From Lepidodermella squamata (Eukaryota > Animalia > Gastrotricha): a stretch of 64,000 nt of DNA. The DNA lies in the NCBI GenBank assembly GCA_047495785.1, contig JBLDXI010000054.1, positions 1,302,001 through 1,366,000 on the forward strand, read 5' to 3'. The notes under the pieces were generated by a model. That model was not told the origin of the DNA. It ran no database searches and saw only the letters and a program-made list of their open reading frames with translations. Made by a program: the position numbers and the translations under genes. This document shows positions 1 to 13,907 of the stretch, one piece after another (the stretch's first letter is position 1; each line of letters starts with the position of its first letter).

Positions 1-1024
1 GATTTCAACTTCCGCTACTCAAAGCAAGAAGGCGTAACAGATATGTGAATCAGCGCGCTGTCAAAGTTTAATTCAAAGGAAAAGTCCCAGGAGATTCACC
101 CAAGGAAAAGTCAGTGATATGAAAGCATTCGCAACTTGATAACATTTCAAAGGGTCTGAAGCTGTGAATCACTGTGAAGTGCAACAACGTATAGACACGA
201 AAGGGCAGTACTTATCGAACAGCTTTAAAAAAGGTTTTGTATGAGGATACAATTTTTTGAGAAATCTACGCGTCTGTACTATATCGACATCCGCATGGTG
301 TAAATATGATCTTGTCTGAAGCTTAATAATATCTTGACCTAGCATAAAATATTTGCTTTCACACATAAAATAATAATTTTTATAGAATGATTAAAGCTCA
401 AAAACATCGGTTACAAGTGACGAATCCTATTCTAACTTTAATAGACTATAGACTATAGACTACTTAAACGAAAGGCCAAGGCCTAGACAACACATTGAAT
501 GGGCTTCGCAAAGTCAAGTTTTCGATTTTGGGGTCAGTAAAATAGTCACTGTTTGGTTCGTTAGAAATTTGAAGTTTCGCCAGATTTCATCGCATCACTC
601 TTTCAAATGTTATAAAGGCTTTATTGCTGGTGCATCAATGTAGGATGGTTCAACTCCCACCGCATAATGAAAAAATACCCCAATTTTTCTCGCATACAGA
701 GCCTACACCTACATACATGTATGGACATGTCTAACAATGCATCAAATGTCTAACTTTTTCGAAGGACAAAATCAAAAGTGAACACTGAGAGAACCAGGAA
801 ACAAACATGCATAATAAGTCATTTTTTGTCCACATAGCCGGATGTCGGAGCATTGAGTTAGATGCCCGCACGTTTGAGATCATAGGAAAGCTATTTCACA
901 TTAGAAATTAGCTGTTAGCTGCCGCTATATTGAATAAAATCGACTACTAACTGTATGAGCAATCTACGCATTCGAATTAATTATAAACATTAACGTTCAA
1001 TTTCCACTTTGAGGAGCAATAGCC

Positions 1025-3529
1025 ATGAATATAGCCACTGCAATAATTAGCATAATTCTGGCATTCGATTTTGAAAGGCTAATGGCCATCAAGCTAAATT
1101 TGTCCTCACCCATACCCGCTCAGATCGCTTCATCGTCCTTCCAGGCGAATGACATAACTCGAAAGCCTTTGAGAATTGTAGCCGCCTGTCATTATGCAGG
1201 TCAGCTGTTCGCATTCGGACCGATTTGTACAGAAGGCATGCGATTCGCCCTCGATTCCGTCAAAAAGCAGCCGAATCTGTTACCGAATTATGAGCTCATC
1301 ATCGAACCATTCGACGATATGGTAAACTTAAATCTCCCTTCAAATACTTGATAACAGTAAAACATTTTAGTGCACAAGACCGCAAGCAGTTTCCAAGTTC
1401 TTGGAAAAGATGAGGCGAAACGATGAAGCTCAAAACAGGCTTCCATTCACAATTGGATCACTATGTACCGCCAATTTCTATGTTGGCCAAATGATGCATC
1501 ACTTCAACTTTGTATCGGTAATCGCGTTACTAATTACTTTATAATTAATCGAACTACTTACATCTAATTTCTATGCAGATAACTGCATTAATGCTGGTTG
1601 AAGAAGGATTTTCTCAGCGAAGGCGGTTTCAGAATTACTTTCCAATCACTGCCAACTACAAAACGCAATTCGATGCTCTAGCAGAATTTATGGCTGCTAT
1701 GAAGTGGCGAAATATCGCCATTGTCTCCGAGGCAAGTGAATTCTACACTCAGCTCGAAACACATTTCGTCACTGTTCTTGAGAAGCGAAACATATCAAGA
1801 GTGTTAAGTATCTCGAAATTTCCCTATACTGCTGGAATTCCAGCCGAGTCCTCTCACATCGAAATGGCAGTTCGAGATATGTTAAAAGTTGAGCCTCGTA
1901 TAATTCTACTTAACACAATAGTGAAAACTCGAGTTATATGCTGGCTGCATCGATTGGGTGTATTTGGACCGAATATCGTGATATTCATATCCTCCCAGCC
2001 CTCCTTTAACATTAACGACCCCGGACGGTTCGATTGGTGTACTAATGACATGCTTCGGGATATCGAACCATGCTTGATTGTGTTCGGGCAAACGAACTAT
2101 GTGAGCTTGAACAAAGGCTATGTTCGCGACTCCCTGGGGAATTCTGGCCTTGATCTAGACTCGATTTTGCTTGGTAGCATAGCTAATCCAACAGTTAGCG
2201 ACTTATGGCTATCAATGCGACAACAGTGCTATGACTCAGTAATGGTTACAGCTCTAGCTCTTAATCGAACTGAAGAACTCCTACAATCTCGAAATCAAAC
2301 GCTGTCTGACTGGGTCACTAACGGCGAGAGATTGAAGTCTGAAGGAGGTTACATCGCTAATATCATGAAAGAGTCGCTTTACACAACCGAAATCCAAGCT
2401 CAGTTTGGAACAGTGAAGTTCGATAAAAAAACTACTTTGAACTCAGAAGGGCAGACTCTTTTCGGAATATTCCAGTACCAGTACTCTACCAACTCAACCT
2501 CTAGCACGTTGGTACCAGTAGGAGAGTACGACATGTTAAAGAAGGAGCTGGCATTCGATTCTAAAAAGTTAATATGGAGAACTCGATCAGGAAACGCGCC
2601 AACCGACTACGTCAAGGTGATAAACGTCTTGCAGCCGTTGATACCAAAGGAAGCTTTCATTGCCCTAGATATCCTAACAAGCATTGAGCTCTTAATCGTT
2701 ATAATTCGCGTATTCACACTTGGCATCAAGCTCCACCTCTCTAAGGAAAATTCTATAGTCTATGTGGGCGATATTTTGATTTTGATTTCAGTGCTAGTTC
2801 AACCCCTGGAATATATCGATAATTTGTCTACCCACTGCATGTCGTCCAACTCCATCCTGGTAATCGGTAGTGGAGCGATTCTTGTTGGGCTATGGGTTAA
2901 ACTTGAACTAGCTGGGTTTTTGTTCAGGCAAGAGCTGAAATTCAGATCCAGAACAAAAAGTAGCTCGTTAGCTACGCCAGCTAACCAGTCCGCTCGAGTT
3001 AAATATTATCGATTCAAAATTTATTTAAGCCTCCTCGCAGTTTCGCTGCTGGTTCTAGTGTCCATTTTAGTTGCGATCATGTTCTCATGCGATCCGATGA
3101 CATCAGAAAAGATCAGCGGTGAAATTATGTTATTGGCAGACGATATTTCAATTGTTTTTCGCAAAATCGCGCCGCAATGCAATTTGGGGAATTCATTAGC
3201 AACAACTGTTATTATTCCTATACTTCTTCTCACCTATGCTTGCATTGTCATCCGAGCAGGATTGCTGTCTCTTACATTAAAAACGGTGAGTGTAAAAGGC
3301 CCTTCTCCAGAGGTAAAGTTAACCCTTTTTGATATAGAAATGGTTCAAAGAAATTCGAGGTCTCAGCAACGTTATCCGCTGCTTCTACGCAACGCTTTTA
3401 GCAGCGGCCTGTGGAGGCGTCGTGGCAGGTGCAATTTTCACCAGCCAAGCGAACCAACGAGCTGCAACATCTGCCACAATCATCGCATGCGTCGCGATAA
3501 ATCTGAGCAGCTTTCTGCTGCAAACATAG
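1025..3529 (+). CDS. GABA-B-like class C GPCR, copy 1 (subfamily A); exons 1025-1321, 1371-1517, 1579-3285, 3338-3529; ~780 aa
   Basis: Three GT-AG phase-0 introns (49, 61, 52 nt) join one open frame. Signal peptide, then ANF-receptor/Venus flytrap domain (ALDSVKKQPNLLPNYEL, DDMCTRP, GSLCT, MKWRNIAIV, YDSV..ALAL), then 7 hydrophobic helices with GABA-B hallmarks (TM3 G...L..GLWVK, TM4 DPM, ECL2 Cys). Stop falls right after TM7. Confidence 0.9.
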
Positions 3530-4329
3530 ATATCATTGAAAAGAAATCGCGGAGATCTCCCCGGAAAAGTTGGAATAAAAACACCCTGAGATTCAGTTTT
3601 GACTCTTTCCTACTACACATGCGGTGCACGTACTGTCAGCAAAGGTTCTTGATTGAATCATCAACTTCAGATTTTAATAATGGATGAATCAACGCTCGAT
3701 ATTCAGCGATTTCCAGAAAATCTATGAAAATTCATTCAAGTTAGCTCCCAGTATCCAGTTGTAGAGCTCGATCTGGACTTCACGGACCACTAAATAACTG
3801 CTTCAATTTCGATTTTGCAAGTGGTGTCAATTCATTTTTTTTTGCAATCGCAAAGCTTTCTTTTTTCGATTGTGGTGTTCGATATTGATTTGGAAATTGA
3901 CTTATAAGGCATATGAGGACAGATAGAAAGAAGATGTATAATGAAGCTGAAGCAATGGCAATACGAAGCCTTTGTAGGCTTATAGGTTTTAAGCGATGCG
4001 ATCTGCACTTCAAATACTTGAAATCGCAACCAATTAAGCAATTGCCTTTTTCTTCAATAATTAACAATGTGTCTCAAAACAGGTTTGTTATGTTACGTTC
4101 ACAAACTGCTTCGAGGACATGTCCGAAGTTTCAGCCTCCAAAGATTCGTAATCGCTCTCGGAAGTTAGAAACGCGCGCGCGGCCATTTGACCGCGCGAGG
4201 TAGGGCGACGACATAAATCAACTGTTCCTGTGGAAGTGACTTTTATTTGATTTGATTTGATTTGACTCAGAAAAAGATCGGGCTATTTTTCTAAGTGACA
4301 ATTCAGAAATCGACTATTGACTATTACTA

Positions 4330-4620
4330 CCCGTCTGATCAGCCAAACGGCGCCGTTTGGAAAACAGGCGGCCGAAATAGACGGCGCTGAAAATGGATAA
4401 TGCCGCCTGATTCGGCCGTCTGACTTGGTGCCGGTTCCGGTGCCGGTGCCGGTAGTGATAAAAAGTCACGGAGCAATATAAAACGCATACAATACGATGC
4501 ATGTATTATGCATAGCTTTTCCATGCATGCGCCATGCTATGCATAAACATGCATATGCTCATTTTTTTTATCCTGGGCCACCTGTTTTTCCAAACGACGC
4601 TGATTGGCTTATCAGACGGG
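4330..4620. mobile_element. non-autonomous TIR element (MITE) with TA target duplication
   Basis: ~45-bp imperfect TIRs (CCCGTCTGATCAGCCAAACGGCGCCGTTTGGAAAA... / ...TTTTTCCAAACGACGCTGATTGGCTTATCAGACGGG), TA on both flanks, no coding capacity. Confidence 0.75.
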
Positions 4621-4632
4621 TATATTAAATAT

Positions 4633-4710
4633 GATCACGTCCGCCGGCTGAATCAGTCGTCCTGCTTCAGCGGGCATGTTTGCCGGCTGATTCAGACGGC
4701 GGGCATGATC
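4633..4710. repeat. short imperfect palindrome adjacent to the MITE
   Basis: GATCACGTCCGCCGGCTGAATCAG ... CTGATTCAGACGGCGGGCATGATC form an inverted repeat sharing the GCCGTCTGA motif with the neighbouring MITE. Confidence 0.6.
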
Positions 4711-5180
4711 CTATAATTGATTCTCAGCTTCACTTCGTGATATTCAGAGGACTGACTTGAAAAGCCTGACGAGCTTTACAAGCTCGAAAGCCCACATCGA
4801 ACGCCACACAGTTATTCATGACAGTAAGCTCTGTTTAAGTTTTTTACATTCTTTCCTCTTGGATCATGCCCGCTTTTGCAAACTCAGACGTAACATCCTA
4901 AAATCTGTCCTGAAAAGTCAAGTTGAAAGTGGAAAATGTCTGTTAGAAATACTATTTTTCGCTTGGCGCGGCGATAATTACCCCTTAATCATGGCGTTAA
5001 TCATGGCGGCTTCTTGTCACCATAGTCCATTTCGATTAGTCTATAGTCGAGCGCAGTCACGTTCACCATCCCGAGCCATGAGTTATATAGCCAGGCTAAC
5101 TTGACAAAATCGTTCATTCGAACTCAAGCTATATACCCATAGATATAATTCAGTCTGAATTATATCTATGTATATACCTA

Positions 5181-7760
5181 ATGGCACATGTATTTTCCTT
5201 AGTCATCTCACTCAGCTTTCAGCTGATGATGAGCAACGGGAAAATACCTTTATCAAGCCCGATTCCTTCTGTTGTAAAATCATCTTACCCGTCTCCTTCC
5301 GTGGAATCGCTGAAAATTATCGCTGGATGTCATTACGCAGGTCAACTCTTTGCATTCGGACCCATCTGTACTGAAGGTATGAAATACGCTCTGGACAGCG
5401 TGAAACGAACTCCCAGCTTGCTCTCAGGCTACGAATTAGAAATCGAGCCATATGACGACATGGTAGTCCATAAATTCTTTTTGTACTATTATCCAATAAC
5501 CTGATATATTTTCAGTGCGTGAGACCCCTGGCTGTAGCAAAGTTCATGGAGCAAATGTTCCGGAATGACCAAGTCAAAAACAGGTTTCCGTTCGCTATCG
5601 GATCCGTTTGCACCGGAAATCTCTACGTCGGCCAGCTGATGCAGCATTTCAACTTCATTGGGGTCATTCAAACATAAAAATGTGAGCAAAGCAAATTTAA
5701 CTTGAATTGTATGTTTAGGTTACCATGCTAATGCTCGTCAATGAAGGATTCAGGCAGCGAAACAGATTTCGAAACTACTTTCCTCTAGCGTCGGATCTCT
5801 CAACGACTTATGACTGCTTGATGGAATTTTGTTCTGCTATGGATTGGCGCAGAATTGCTATAATTTCGGAGAACAGCGACTTCTACCATCAACTTGAACG
5901 CGAATTCATTTCCAAGCTGGAAAAGCGGAATTCCTCAGATATCATCGGAATTTTCAAATTTCCCTATACCACAGGCGTTCCCCCAGAATCGAGCCACGTG
6001 GAATTAGCTGTCAAGGAAATGTTACCTCATGATCCAAGAATAATAGTTGTAAACACCGTGATCCCAGTTCGCGTTCTCTGTTGGCTTCATCGAGCCAAAC
6101 TGTTTGGACCGAATATAGTTATATTTATCTCGACACTGCCAGCTCTGACTGTTGATGATCCCCTTAGATATGACTGGTGTACTCCGGCCATGATTCGAGA
6201 CTTACAATCAAGTGTAATCGCATACGGCCAAACAAACTCTGTTACTTTGAATCAAGGGGATGTCAAGGACTCACTCGGAAATTCAGGCCACGATCTGGAT
6301 AGAACTTTATTGGATGGTATTGAGAATCCAACTTCAAAAGATATCTGGCAGTCTATGCGCCACTACTGCTACGATAATACAATGCACGCAGCGTTAGTTT
6401 TAAATGAAACCGAGACTTTGCTGCGGCGCCGGAACCAAACTCTTTCCGACTGGGTGACTACAGGGAGTCTGTTCAAAGCCCATGGATCTGACATAGTGGC
6501 TATCATGAAACAAGCCATTTTCAATGTCAAGGCTCAGGCTAACTTTGGAACGATATCTTTTGACGAGAGAACAACTCTCAACACTGGCGGTCGAACTTTG
6601 ATGGGAATATTCCAGTATCAGAACCAACAAAATTACACCGGTTATACGGCCGTCCACATTGCCGAATATAACACGCTGACAAAACAGCTGAGCATGGATA
6701 AAAATAAGTTGAAATGGGGAACAGCAACAGGCAATGCACCTCGTGACTCCTTAAAGATAATAGACCTCGAAATGCCCGTGATACCCTGGGAAGGCTACAT
6801 ATCTATAACAGTAATATCGGCTATTGGAGTAGTGTTGGTTTTCAATGAAAAAGTTCGATTGGCGATCAAACTGAAAAACTCGTGGGTGACGATTGACGCC
6901 GTTACTTTAGCCCTAACATCAGGCGATATCTTTCTGTTAATATCAAACTTACTTCAAACGCCGGAAAATCCAAAGTTCCTGCACATCAATTGCATGATCT
7001 CTTACTTTTTCTTGCTGCTCGGGGTGAACGGGATTTTACTCGGATTTTGGATCAAATTAGAAGCAGCAGGTTATCTTTTCCGATCAGATTTTCAAACCAA
7101 ATCAAGGAGTAGAAGTGCACTAGGGACGATGAGATCAACAAATGATATTGACTTCAAGGGGTTTACAAAACGTCTGATTTTTGCCGCTTGCGGAATAGCT
7201 TGCGTGATATCTGGTCTATTTATCGTAATGCTCGCTTTAGATCCTGTTTCAAGAATAGCCAAGGTAAGCACGACTCTTACTTCAGAGCGAGATAGTTCCT
7301 TCGCATATCGAATTATATCCTATGAATGCGAATTCGGTGGGGATGCAGTCACTGACGTTGCCGTAGCAATCATTTTCGCTGCGTATGGATCTATAATCTT
7401 GAGAGCAGGGTTTCTCTCGTTCACTTTGAAATCGGTGAGTTTCTTCCTGTTTTATCCTAAAATAGCTTTCAAGTCATTTGTGTCCCTAAGAAACGTTTCG
7501 ATGAAATTCGAGACTTGCAAAACATCATAAGGTGCTTCTACGCAACTTTGGTCGCTGCGATATGCGGAGGTGTTACCGCTGGTGCAGTGTTCACGAGCCA
7601 GGAAAATCGAAGCATTACAATAGCAGCTACTGTTATCGCCTGCGTCATTTTAAATCTCATTTGTGTATCAAGCGTGAGGACGACGCAAATCACCGTCACC
7701 CTGCGAGCAAGCCTCGCCCGTCAGAGGAGATCATTTGGTGCCCTTACAAGAGCTTTATAG
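5181..7760 (+). CDS. GABA-B-like class C GPCR, copy 2 (subfamily A); exons 5181-5462, 5516-5662, 5719-7434, 7491-7760
   Basis: Same three intron positions as copy 1 (53, 56, 56 nt). Open spliced frame with signal peptide, VFT domain (DDMCVRP, GSVCTG) and 7TM with DPV and ECL2 Cys. Confidence 0.9.
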
Positions 7761-8200
7761 TGCATAATTGGCAATTCAATCATAAAAACTACTTTAGATC
7801 TCAGATCTCAGATCTCATATTGCATCAAGACATTTCAGCTCGAACACCGAAATAGAAACAGGGAAATAAAACCTTCGCGCATTCTCGCATATGTACCACA
7901 CAAATGGATAAGTATAAAAATGAATCAAATGTCAAACTCCTGGACACATTTGATACTGAACACCGCGAGAATCGGTAACGGAAAAAACAAGCAAGTCCTT
8001 TTAGTCCACACAGCCGAATGTCAGATGCTAGAGTTAAATGCCCTCGTGACTGAGATCACGTAGGACCTATCCCGCAGTTGTAATTAGCTGTTAGCTGTCT
8101 AGAATAACATCGATATCTTGGTGTAATAGCCATTCACGCATTCAAATCATTAACAAGTATTACCTTGAAGGTTAAATTTCCAAGTATAGGAGCACTAGCA

Positions 8201-10799
8201 ATGAAAATAAGCCTTACAATAATAAGCATCATTCTGGCATTTGGTTTCCGAAGACTGGAAGCAGACAAACTAACTTTTTCCTCGCCAATACCCGCACAGA
8301 TCGTTTCGTCGTCTTTCCAGGCAAATGACACAACTCGAAAGCCTTTGAGAATTGTAGCCGCCTGTCATTATGCAGGTCAGTTATTCGCTTTTGGGCCGAT
8401 CTGTACAGAAGGCATGCGATTCGCTCTCGATTCCGTCAAAAAGCAGCCGAATCTGTTACCGAATTATGAGCTCATCATCGAACCATTCGATGACATGGTA
8501 AAATTTGATCTCCCTCAAAATACTTGATAACAATCAAACATTTTAGTGCACAAGACCGCAAGCAGTTTCCAAGTTCTTGGAAAAGATGAGGCGGAACGAT
8601 GAAGCTCAAGACAGGCTTCCATTCACAATTGGATCACTATGTACCGGCAATTTCTATGTCGGCCAAATGATGCATCACTTCAACTTTGTTTCGGTAATCG
8701 TTACTAATTAGTTAAAAACAGTTTGGACTGTATCAAATGTCTATACAGATAACTGCATTAATGCTGGTTGAAGAAGGATTTTCTCAGCGAAGACGCTTTC
8801 AGAATTACTTTCCAATCACTGCAAACTACAAAACGCAATTCGATGCTCTAGCAGAGTTTATGGCTGCTATGAAGTGGCGAAATATCGCCATTGTCTCCGA
8901 GGCAAGTGAATTCTACACGCAGCTCGAAACACATTTCGTCACTGTTCTTGAGAAGCGAAACATATCAAGAGTGTTGAGTATCTCAAAATTCCCCTATACT
9001 GCTGGAATTCCGGCCGAGTCCTCTCACGTCGAAATGGCAGTTCGAGATATGATGAAAGTTGACCCTCGCATAATCCTACTCAACACTGTCGTTAAAACTC
9101 GAGTTATATGCTGGCTGCATCGACTGGGCGTATTTGGACCGAATATAGTGATATTCATATCGTCCCAGCCCTCCTTTAGCATTAACGACCCAGGAAGGTT
9201 TGATTGGTGCACTAATGATATGCTTCGGGATATCGAACCAAGTTTAATTGTATTTGGGCAAACTAACTACGTTAGCTTGAGCATAGGCTATGTTCGCGAC
9301 TCCCTGGGGAATTCTGGGCTTGATCTAGACTCGATTTTGCTTGGTAGCATAGTTAATCCGACAGTTAGCGACGTATGGCTATCAATGCGACATCAATGCT
9401 ATGACTCAGTCATGATCACAGCTCTAGCTCTGAATCGAACTGAAGAACTTCTCCGATCTCGAAATCAGACATTGTCTGATTGGGCCACTAATAGCGAGAG
9501 GTTCAAGTCTGATGGGAGTAACGTTGCAAATGTCATGAAAGAATCGCTTTACACAACCGAAATTCAAGCTCAGTTTGGAACAGTAAAGGTCGATAGGAAA
9601 ACTACTCTGAATACTGAAGGGAAGACTCTTATCGGGATATTCCAGTACCAGTACTCTACCAACTCAACCTCTAGCACGTTGGTACCAGTAGGAGAGTACG
9701 ACATGTTAAAGAAGGAGCTGGCGTTCGATTCAAAGAAGTTGATATGGAGAACTCGATCAGGAAACCCACCAACCGACTATGTCAAGGTGATAAACGTGTT
9801 GCAACCCCTGATACCAAGGGAAGGTTTCATAGCTCTCGATACTCTAGCAAGTATTGAGCTCTTAATAGTTATCATTCGCGTAACCGCTCTTGGCATCAGG
9901 TTCCATCTCTCTACTGAAAATTGTCTGGTATACTGCGGCGATATTCTGATTTTGATTTCAGTGCTAGTCCAACCCCTTGAATTTATCGGTAATTTGTCTA
10001 CCCTTTGCATGCTGTCCAACTCCTTCCTGATAATCGGTAGTGGAGCGATTCTTGTTGGGCTATGGGTTAAACTTGAACTAGCTGGGTTTTTGTTCAGGCA
10101 AGAGCTAAAATTCAGATCCAGAACAAAAAGTAGCTCGTTAGCTACGCCAGCTACCCAATCATCTCGGGTTGAATACTTTCGGGTCAAATTGTATTTGAGC
10201 CTTGTCGCATGTTTACTCCTAGCTGTGGTGTCCGTTTTAGTTGCAATCATGTTTTCATGTGATCCTATGGCATCGGAAAAAGTCCGTGGTGAAATTCTGT
10301 TATCGGCGGACGATATTTCAGTTGTTTTCCGCAAAATCAACCCGCAATGCAATTTGGGAAATTCATTAGCAACAACTGTTATTATTCCAATTATTCTCTT
10401 CATGTATGCCTGTATTGTCATCAGAGCAGGTTTATTGTCACTGACATTGAAAACCGTGAGTTTCAAAAGACATTTTCCAGCTTGAAAGTTAACCCTCTTT
10501 TGATATAGAAATGGTTCGAAGAAATTCGAGATCTTAGTAATGTTATCCGCTGCTTCTACGCATCGCTTTTAGCAGCGGCCTGTGGAGGCGTCGTGGCAGG
10601 TGCAATTTTCACTAGCCAAGCAAACCAACGGACTGCAACGTCAGCCACAATTATCGCGTGCGTCGCGATAAATCTGAGTAGCTTTTTGCTGCAGAGATCG
10701 AACTTGGAAAACGTGTCAGCTCAACACGCACAATCAAGCCGCCGCCGCCATTCTGCGCGTGGTAGATTCGCAGCTGTGACTAGCCAATTTGAAACTTGA
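8201..10799 (+). CDS. GABA-B-like class C GPCR, copy 3 (subfamily A; recent duplicate of copy 1); exons 8201-8497, 8547-8693, 8749-10455, 10509-10799
   Basis: Exons 1-3 have the same lengths as in copy 1 (297/147/1707 nt) and very similar sequence, including intron 1 and upstream DNA. Retains a ~34-aa basic C-tail. Confidence 0.9.
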
Positions 10800-11305
10800 A
10801 ACGAATGGAGTATCCCGGAAGAATATAATGTTTGATGTTTGAAATAAACAGACAATAAAATGTCGAAATTCTTCGATATCGTACCTCTTCGATACCGCAA
10901 GATGGGACATTCAACCAACATTTATTTAAAAATGTCTCAAAATTCACTGCTTATTTATGAGCTTAAAGCATTGTTTTCATTGCCCCTGTCGTTTTCAAGA
11001 AAAATAATTGAAAATTGTGGCTAATTTTAACGGCCTGTCCGTGTAGCTGACGAAATTGCGCCCACGTGCATGAATCGTGACTTTGCCCAAAACAATTACC
11101 TAATATTTCACACGAGATAGCATAAAACTCGAATTTCATCGCGTTGAACTCAACGTCTTTATTGAGATCAGAAATGAAAAGACATTTAGATTCCGAGGAG
11201 CGATTCTATCAACAGTCTATCAGCTGAAACGCCTCGTTTGTCGGAAATAAAAAACATTACCGAGTCTTTTCTTGAGAACACTAGGAGAATACATTTACGG
11301 ATGGA

Positions 11306-13907
11306 TTAAGGCGTTACACCTTGTCCGATAAATATTTGGCTTGAGCCACGTGCAACGTAGAATGACGGGGAACGGTCGAGTTCCACAGCAGCACGTCTTG
11401 CGTAATTGCTAACACTTGGGACAGCGAGATTCAATGCAACGCAGCTTATAGCCATTACGGAGAGCGTTATACGTTGATAAGAAGAGTATTTGAAGATGGC
11501 ACCAGCTATAATGCCGCCACAGGCCAGCAGCATCACAGTCCCGTAGAAGCTTGCTGTTGTCATTTTCACGCTCGAATCGACCATATTTGATTTCTAAAGA
11601 AAAAGTAAGCAAAATATACTGAGAAAATACTTTAGGGACAATAACTTACTGATCTCAGTTTGAAAGCGACAACTGCACCTCGCAAAATTATGACACCATA
11701 AATAGCACAAATCAGTACAATAATCACTTCGGAGGCAAGCGAGGAGCTGAATTCCAACTCGAATTTAGCTAGCTGCAAGCGATAACTATCATCATTTGCT
11801 TCTTCATTATCGATGAAGTATTCGACTACAACATCTGGCGGAGCTGTGACGAACCAGATAACGAGCAGTCCGACAATAATGGCTAATGCAATCCATCCTA
11901 ATGTTTTAATAGCAGCCGTTTTCCACTGCGATCGCCTGCTAACGGAAGCGACAGCTGCTTCAGCATATTGAGACGAAAAACGGGGTTTCGATGGCCCTCT
12001 TGCTGCAGCGATAACGTTAACCTTTGAGTATGCTACTTCAAGCTCTGAAAACATGCCAAATAGAAGGCAGCAGATTCCAAGAAACAGACAGCTCAATGCT
12101 GCGAAACCCAAGGATTTGAGGCGTGGACCAAATTCAAGCGGCTGAATTAAGATATAGCTCATCATGAGCAGATTTCCCAGTAATCCAAAGATGAGCTTTT
12201 CTTCGCGTTTTCTCTTCAACCTCCACACTCCAAACATGAGAATCAATACAGTTTCAAGGCATGCTATTACGGTTAGTCCGATGTAGGCTGCTTCTCCGAT
12301 TAGCGGCATGGAAATGGTAATCAGCTGAAGTTGATCCAGTGGGGGCTTGCCGGATCTCGTGAGCCACACAAGAGGCTCGAGCCCGCAGTTGAGTGTCTTC
12401 GTTCCAGATGAGTAGACGCAGATAGGATGCGAAACTATGCTTGCAGACTGTTCTGATCTGCGAAGCTGGTAGAAACCAAGAATTGTATCTCCCCCAGAGT
12501 TAACGGTGGTGTTCCTATCAAAAGCTATGTCTCCAACTTTGGAGCGGAATCGAGCAGTGTAAACCGCTTCCTTCATGACTCTAGCTATTTCATTCCCACT
12601 TGTTTTGTAGAGATCCCCATTCGTCACCCAATTTATCAGTGATTGATTTCCTGTAGTAAACAAGAATGAGAACCACAATTCTTGTTGCTTAGTAATTGGC
12701 TTAACTTACGCCTCCTTAAAATCGACTCAGTTTCATTGAGAACGAACACTGCGAACATGGTATTGTCGTAACACATGTGACGCCCGTGAGCCCAGCTTTG
12801 GACAACCTCAGGGTTTTCAATCAACGACGTCAAACGGGTGTCGAAATCTCGACCTGAGTTACCTAACGAATCAATGTCCCCACTCATATTAAGCGACATC
12901 AAGCTGGTATATCCGAAAGCTACAACGCTTTTTAGAACGTCCCGAAGCATCGACTCAGTGCACCATTCCGTGAAACGGGTTGGGTCGTTTTGAACGAACA
13001 TCGTAGTTGTTAGCATGAAAATGACTACGCTTGGACCGAATAGTTTGTATCGGTTGAGCCAGCAAGCCGCCCTGGCAGTTGTGACTGAGTTGACAACAAT
13101 TATTCTAGGATCGACTTTCTTCAATTCCGTTACAGCAATTTCAATCTGCTCAGATTCTGGCAGAGTGCCTAGAATGTACGGGATTTTGAAAATGCCTGTA
13201 ACTTTAGAGCTGTTGTCTTTCTCGTAAACTGAGATGAAGTGCGACTCGACTTGATTGAAATAGTCGCTGCCTTCTGATAAGAAAGCAACTTTTCGCCAGC
13301 TCATCAGATTGAGAAATTTCGCGAGGGCTTCATAGGCAACGCTCAACTGCGGTAGCATGACAAAGTAGTTCTGATATCGTGATCTCAGAGTTTGAAGCTC
13401 GCTCTGAACTGAAGTCATCGTGAGCCCGACAAAGTTATAATGTTGGAGAACTTGGCCGGTGTAGTAGTTAGCGGTCATGAACGCTCCTAATGTAAGAGGA
13501 AATCGATCTGTTGTTTTCTCTGTGTTATGCAGCTGCGTTAAAATTTTGACAACTCCAACAGGCCTTGAAAACTGAAAATATAAGTTTTGAAATAACTCAG
13601 GGAAAAAGAACCAGTGACTGACCCAATCATCTATGATTTCGACTGCCAACTCATAATCGGGGAGTATTTTCAGTTTCTTCACGCTGTCCAAGACTAATCT
13701 CACTCCTTCGCTGCAAATTGGCCCGAGAGGTTGAATAGGACCGCCATAGTTATAAGACGCCATAATACTGATGACTGGGCGGCTCGAATCGTTAGCGTTG
13801 TAGTTGGAGGAATAAATGCGTGGTTGTAATGGGGCTGACATTGGCAATTTGCTAGAAGCTATTCCAAGCAAGCAAATCCAAAGAATAAAATTTAGGATTA
13901 TTTTCAT
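11306..13907 (-). CDS. GABA-B-like class C GPCR, copy 4 (subfamily B); exons 13907-13623, 13571-12710, 12650-11650, 11593-11306
   Basis: Introns of 51, 59 and 56 nt join one open frame. Signal peptide, VFT (VLDSVKKLKILPDYEL, MSWRKVAFL, CYDNTM) and 7TM; clearly homologous to copies 1-3. Confidence 0.88.

Noticed and set aside
3286-3687. C-terminal ~135 aa of the 704-aa ORF
   Set aside because: Read-through of intron 3286-3337 into the wrong frame; the real last exon encodes TM6-7.
4246-4265. (ATTTG)n tracts here and at ~63045
   Set aside because: Simple repeats, possibly retroelement tails, but no shared adjacent body sequence was seen.
9777-10466. 229-aa antisense ORF, and similar antisense ORFs over the GPCR and helical genes
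   Set aside because: Shadow frames of real coding sequence with no independent features.
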